This document shows positions 60,438 through 64,000 of a DNA stretch of 64,000 nt, piece by piece (within the stretch, counting starts at the first letter, position 1; each line of letters starts with the position of its first letter). Origin of the DNA: Nanobdellota archaeon (lineage in GTDB: Archaea; Nanobdellota; Nanobdellia; Woesearchaeales; WJKV01); assembly GCA_023133595.1 (NCBI GenBank), contig JAGLWF010000005.1, positions 29,640 to 93,639 on the forward strand. Reading direction: 5' to 3'. Under the pieces are notes generated by a model, which ran no database searches, was not told the DNA's origin, and was given only the letters and a program-made list of their open reading frames with translations. The position numbers and the translations under genes were made by a program.

Positions 60438-60704
60438 TTACATTCCTATAGAAAGCAGCAGAAATAGTATGGTGAATATGATCTGTACAGCCAAACATAA
60501 TCCAACAACAATCACAGTTCCAGTCAATCGGATCTGCCTGAAGCATAAGATTCCGCCGATCATCGCAATAATTATTCCCACCAGGAATCGATACATAAGA
60601 AGAACATAATTATGTCCAAGAGCGGCAGTGCCAAGATACAGTCCGCCAACTGCGCCAAACACTATGCCCAGGACAATTGCCCACAGGTAATCAAAAAATC
60701 CCAT
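60438..60704 (-). CDS. Small membrane protein (3 TM)
   Basis: 88-aa hydrophobic ORF adjoining the upstream gene. Confidence 0.6.
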   Translation of the reverse strand: MGFFDYLWAIVLGIVFGAVGGLYLGTAALGHNYVLLMYRFLVGIIIAMIGGILCFRQIRLTGTVIVVGLCLAVQIIFTILFLLLSIGM

Positions 60705-61292
60705 CTACTTTGTCCTCCGCGATTTTACTTCAAGTTTTCCATCCATAAGTTTGATTGTTCTGTAATCTCCTTCTTCATCAAAATCCTTAAACTCAAGATC
60801 AAATGTTCCCTGCATCTTGTCAACATCATCAATTATAACCCATCCAGAAGATTCATCTGCCTGGAATACTTCTTCAATCTTATCTTCGCCTTCATAAGTT
60901 GTGATGACTTCTCTATAATTTGCAGAGGCTCTGCTGATATCGCAGACCAGATTTTGAATATCAACTTTTGTTCCTTCAACCAAAGATTTTGCATCTTTGA
61001 TCATGAACGTCAGTTCAACTGACATGAACTGGTTTTTCGAAACCTGTTTTTCATCTTTTAGTTTTATGAGTGTTGTTTTTCCATCCGCTGCAAGTGTCGG
61101 CTTATAATCCCACTCGCTCTGGATCTTGAACGGTCCAGTAGAACCAGCTTTTGTCATTGTCGCAGAAGCAATAACTTCATATTCTATATTCACTAAACCT
61201 AATCTAGGTTCTAATCGATAAGCAATACCAAACAATAGAACAACTATTATTATCACCAGAACAAATTTTAATTGTTTGCCAATAAAGCCCAT
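60705..61292 (-). CDS. Membrane-anchored exported hypothetical protein
   Basis: Start MGFIGK at 61292, N-terminal TM, beta-rich domain. Confidence 0.65.
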   Translation of the reverse strand: MGFIGKQLKFVLVIIIVVLLFGIAYRLEPRLGLVNIEYEVIASATMTKAGSTGPFKIQSEWDYKPTLAADGKTTLIKLKDEKQVSKNQFMSVELTFMIKDAKSLVEGTKVDIQNLVCDISRASANYREVITTYEGEDKIEEVFQADESSGWVIIDDVDKMQGTFDLEFKDFDEEGDYRTIKLMDGKLEVKSRRTK

Positions 61293-61353
61293 CTTACCTC
61301 TATATAGGCAGATGTTTTCCTTTATAAATCTATTGAAAAAGAAAAAGAAAAAA

Positions 61354-62445
61354 TTATTCCAAAGGAACAATTTCTTTGTCTGTAATCACTTTCAACATGA
61401 AGTCTTTATGCGTATCTCCATTTTGATCAATTGTTATCTTTCCAGCCAATGTTTCCTTATCATTGAAATCGTAAAGATATTCTTTGATAGCATCTGCATC
61501 ATAGCCAACTTCTTCAATTGCTTCAGCAATAATACCAACAGCTGCTGCAGACTCAAGCATATAAGCGATTGCTGGAGCTTCTATTCCATATCGCTCTTCG
61601 TATCTTTCATTGAATTCTTCCAATCTTTTTTGATCAAGCTTTGGAGTTGCAAATATCATTCCTTCAACAATTTCATTGTGTGAAAGTATTTCCGGTGTTT
61701 CAAAAGCTGAATTGCCATAAATCGGAATTTCAAAACCTAATTCCTTATACTGGATAACTAATGCCTCTGCAGGATCAATTCCTTGTGTAATAATAAACAA
61801 AACTTCGGGTTTTGCAGCTTTGATCTTTGTCAAAATTGTCCTGAAATCTCGTTCATCTGGAGAAAATTGTTCATGAGCAACAACTTCTCCATCAAAGTAT
61901 TCTTTGAATTGCACAGGAATTGCAATTGCATAATCAGTTTGTTCATTAATGATTGCAATCTTCTTGAAACCTTGTTTGTTCATGTGCTCTGCGATAATTT
62001 GGCCTTCCATGTTTAATGGAGAATTTCTGAAAACATAATCCCCAGCATCTGTAACAGCCGGACTTGTTGTGATCGAAGCAAAAAGGATTACTTTGTTCTC
62101 ATTTGCAATCGGTGCTGCTGCCAATGTTTCAGGAGTACAATGGCCTCCAAGAACAACTTCTACCTTATCATGATGGACAAGCTTTTGCATTGCTAAAGTC
62201 GCTGTTTTTGAATTGCATTCCCCATCTTCAACTATCAATTCTATGGGTTTTCCATTAATACCTCCTTCTGCATTAATTCTATTAACTTCTAACATAGCAG
62301 ATCTTAGTGCAGGTTCACCATATGGAGCTACAGGTCCAGTTAAAGCTGAAATCCAGCCTATTTCAATGCTATCGCTCTCAAGAGTCTGGCCACACCCAGT
62401 AACCAGGAACAAGATTACCATAATTATTGCGATTAATTTCTTCAT
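61354..62445 (-). CDS. LivK/LivJ-family substrate-binding lipoprotein (3 of 3)
   Basis: VTGC, IGWISALTG, GGHCT, GDYVFR; start MKKLI after GAGGGTGA. Confidence 0.9.
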   Translation of the reverse strand: MKKLIAIIMVILFLVTGCGQTLESDSIEIGWISALTGPVAPYGEPALRSAMLEVNRINAEGGINGKPIELIVEDGECNSKTATLAMQKLVHHDKVEVVLGGHCTPETLAAAPIANENKVILFASITTSPAVTDAGDYVFRNSPLNMEGQIIAEHMNKQGFKKIAIINEQTDYAIAIPVQFKEYFDGEVVAHEQFSPDERDFRTILTKIKAAKPEVLFIITQGIDPAEALVIQYKELGFEIPIYGNSAFETPEILSHNEIVEGMIFATPKLDQKRLEEFNERYEERYGIEAPAIAYMLESAAAVGIIAEAIEEVGYDADAIKEYLYDFNDKETLAGKITIDQNGDTHKDFMLKVITDKEIVPLE

Positions 62446-62466
62446 TTTGATCACCCTCAATATCGT

Positions 62467-62520
62467 TACTACTTTTTGATGTGAGAGTATATTTAAATAT
62501 TAGCTACCCCTAAAGTAGTA
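62467..62520. promoter_or_regulatory. Symmetric divergent promoter with inverted TACTACTTT/AAAGTAGTA sites
   Basis: Inverted 9-mers at 62467-62475 and 62512-62520 flank the palindrome ATATTTAAATAT (62489-62500). Confidence 0.55.
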
Positions 62521-62524
62521 TGTA

Positions 62525-63256
62525 ATGAGAGAAATGGAAGAATTAGGTTTTTCTAAATGGGAGACGCAGGTATATCTAGCTCTCGTAGAGCTAGGTTCAA
62601 GCACAACAGGACCGATTGTTAAGAAATCAGGAGTCCCTCACAGCAAAATATATGAAGTTCTTGGAAAATTAATGGAAAGAGGCCTAGTTAGCTATGTAAT
62701 TAAGAAAGGCATGAAGCATTTTCAAGCTGCAGACCCAAAAATACTTCTTGACATCGAAGATGAAAGAAGAGAAAAGATAAAAAAGATAGTGCCCGAATTA
62801 AAACTCAAGCAAAAATTTGCAAAAGACCCCCAAAGAACAGAGATATTCGAAGGAAAGAAAGCTATATTTAATGCATTGACTAACCTCATAAAAGATGCAA
62901 GATCTGGAGAAGAATTTTTGTCATTTACGGTTGGGACCGAACATGAGGATCCTTCTGTCAGCAGATTCTATAAAAATTATACTGCAAAAAGATTAGAGAA
63001 AGGACTGAAACTAAAAATTCTATCAGATATCCGTTTGAAAAAGACATATGAAAAGATTTACACAAAAAAATGGATTAAAAACATCGGCAATAGATATACT
63101 CTTTTCAAATTTCCACAAGGGATTGTAATATTCAGAAATAAAGTTGTCTTTTTGGACTGGGGAGAAAGACAGACTGCCATAATCACAACTAGTAAACATA
63201 TGTCAAAACAATTCAGAAATTTCTTCTATGAATTATATAATAAGGCAAAGAAATAA
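62525..63256 (+). CDS. TrmB-family transcriptional regulator
   Basis: LGFS..E..VYLAL..LG, SGVPHSKIYEVL..L..RGLV. Confidence 0.9.
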   Translation: MREMEELGFSKWETQVYLALVELGSSTTGPIVKKSGVPHSKIYEVLGKLMERGLVSYVIKKGMKHFQAADPKILLDIEDERREKIKKIVPELKLKQKFAKDPQRTEIFEGKKAIFNALTNLIKDARSGEEFLSFTVGTEHEDPSVSRFYKNYTAKRLEKGLKLKILSDIRLKKTYEKIYTKKWIKNIGNRYTLFKFPQGIVIFRNKVVFLDWGERQTAIITTSKHMSKQFRNFFYELYNKAKK

Positions 63257-63724
63257 TTACTTTTTCCTAGATTTCTTCTCTAGAAACTCTTTGTCAACAG
63301 CCTGGAAATATTCTCCGACCCGTTCACGTATGGATTTCAGATAAAATTCTTCGATCTTCTCTTTGAAGATGTTATGCAGTTTATCATTCTCTGCAATTCT
63401 GTAATTATTATTGATTTTCTCGATCAGGAACAGCTCTTTCAGCCGCCGGACCTGCCTCCGCAGATTTGAAGGTGCGATCCCAGCCATTGGAAGCTTATGT
63501 TTCTTACGCAAAGAAATTACCTTGTTCTCAATATCTTTTGGACTCAGCTCTTTGTGTTTCAATAAAGAATAGAAAACATCTACAATAACATCTCTAGAAT
63601 CTCCTGGCTGTAACAAGCCGATAGATAGGCATAGTTTCGCAACCAAATTTCGGCTTTTGATTCGATATGGCCTCTCGTATTTTCGCAGGGTAATTTCCGC
63701 GAGTGCAGTATCCTTGCTTTTCAT
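63257..63724 (-). CDS. Hypothetical protein, probable winged helix
   Basis: EITLRKYERP, GLLQPGDSRD, SNLRRQVRRL. Confidence 0.7.
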   Translation of the reverse strand: MKSKDTALAEITLRKYERPYRIKSRNLVAKLCLSIGLLQPGDSRDVIVDVFYSLLKHKELSPKDIENKVISLRKKHKLPMAGIAPSNLRRQVRRLKELFLIEKINNNYRIAENDKLHNIFKEKIEEFYLKSIRERVGEYFQAVDKEFLEKKSRKK

Positions 63725-63782
63725 CCCATATACAAAAAATGATCACAGATATTTAAATCTTTTTAATATTTGTAAGAAATGA

Positions 63783-64000
63783 TTACAATTTATTGAACAT
63801 CACAGTAACCGCTTTATCCTTTATTTTGAACTCAATCTTTTGTTCATACTGCTTTGACGGCCCTTTTGCTTCTATCTTTATGCCTTTTGCACCGCATTTC
63901 AATGCAATATCATCCACAAATTTTACCAGCATTGGCTCTAGCCCTGTCTGGACATACAAGTCGATTTGATCGCTTTTCGCAAGCCCGGCTTTCTTCCGTT
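63783..64000 (-). CDS. ileS: Isoleucine--tRNA ligase, C-terminal fragment (5'-truncated by window edge)
   Basis: Manual translation RKKAGLAKSDQIDLYV...MFNKL*, matching the RK.AGL...D.I.L C-terminal motif of archaeal/eukaryotic-type IleRS. Confidence 0.7.
   Translation of the reverse strand, partial: RKKAGLAKSDQIDLYVQTGLEPMLVKFVDDIALKCGAKGIKIEAKGPSKQYEQKIEFKIKDKAVTVMFNKL

Noticed and set aside
1-64000. Prophage, transposase, retroelement, intein or stop-codon recoding
   Set aside because: No integrase, RT, capsid or intein motifs recognised; all three stop codons end conserved genes at expected positions.

Overview
Chromosomal segment of a DPANN archaeon, most likely Woesearchaeota/Nanobdellota. 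This is inferred from archaeal information-processing genes, TATA-type promoters with short or no leaders, KRG/KKG-Q class III signal peptide proteins, and bacterial-type tgt, mutL and cfa. Positions 1-17.5 kb hold a tightly coupled minus-strand operon of seven uncharacterised large envelope proteins. It contains a duplicated module (prepilin-like protein plus Ig/Cys-rich giant protein) flanking a 1362-aa coiled-coil protein; the last ORF (>1400 aa) is missing from the ORF track. The remainder is mostly housekeeping: metG, RsmB/NOP2, dcd, elp3, Ca-ATPase, dtdA, uppS, rpl11, scpA, tgt, rpl1-10-12, rps27ae, rps24e, spt4, rpoE, mutL, ftsZ and a partial ileS. There are also lipid-modifying genes (cfa, GGR, CrtEb-like), a LIV transporter with three binding proteins and a TrmB regulator, and three tRNAs. 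Best-supported novelties: a tRNA-Ile with a UAU anticodon and two BHB introns (37/38 and 59/60), the envelope operon, a heavily structured mutL-ftsZ intergenic region, a family of twin-hairpin elements, and several candidate cis-regulatory sites. All family calls come from motif recognition by eye; no database searches were run.
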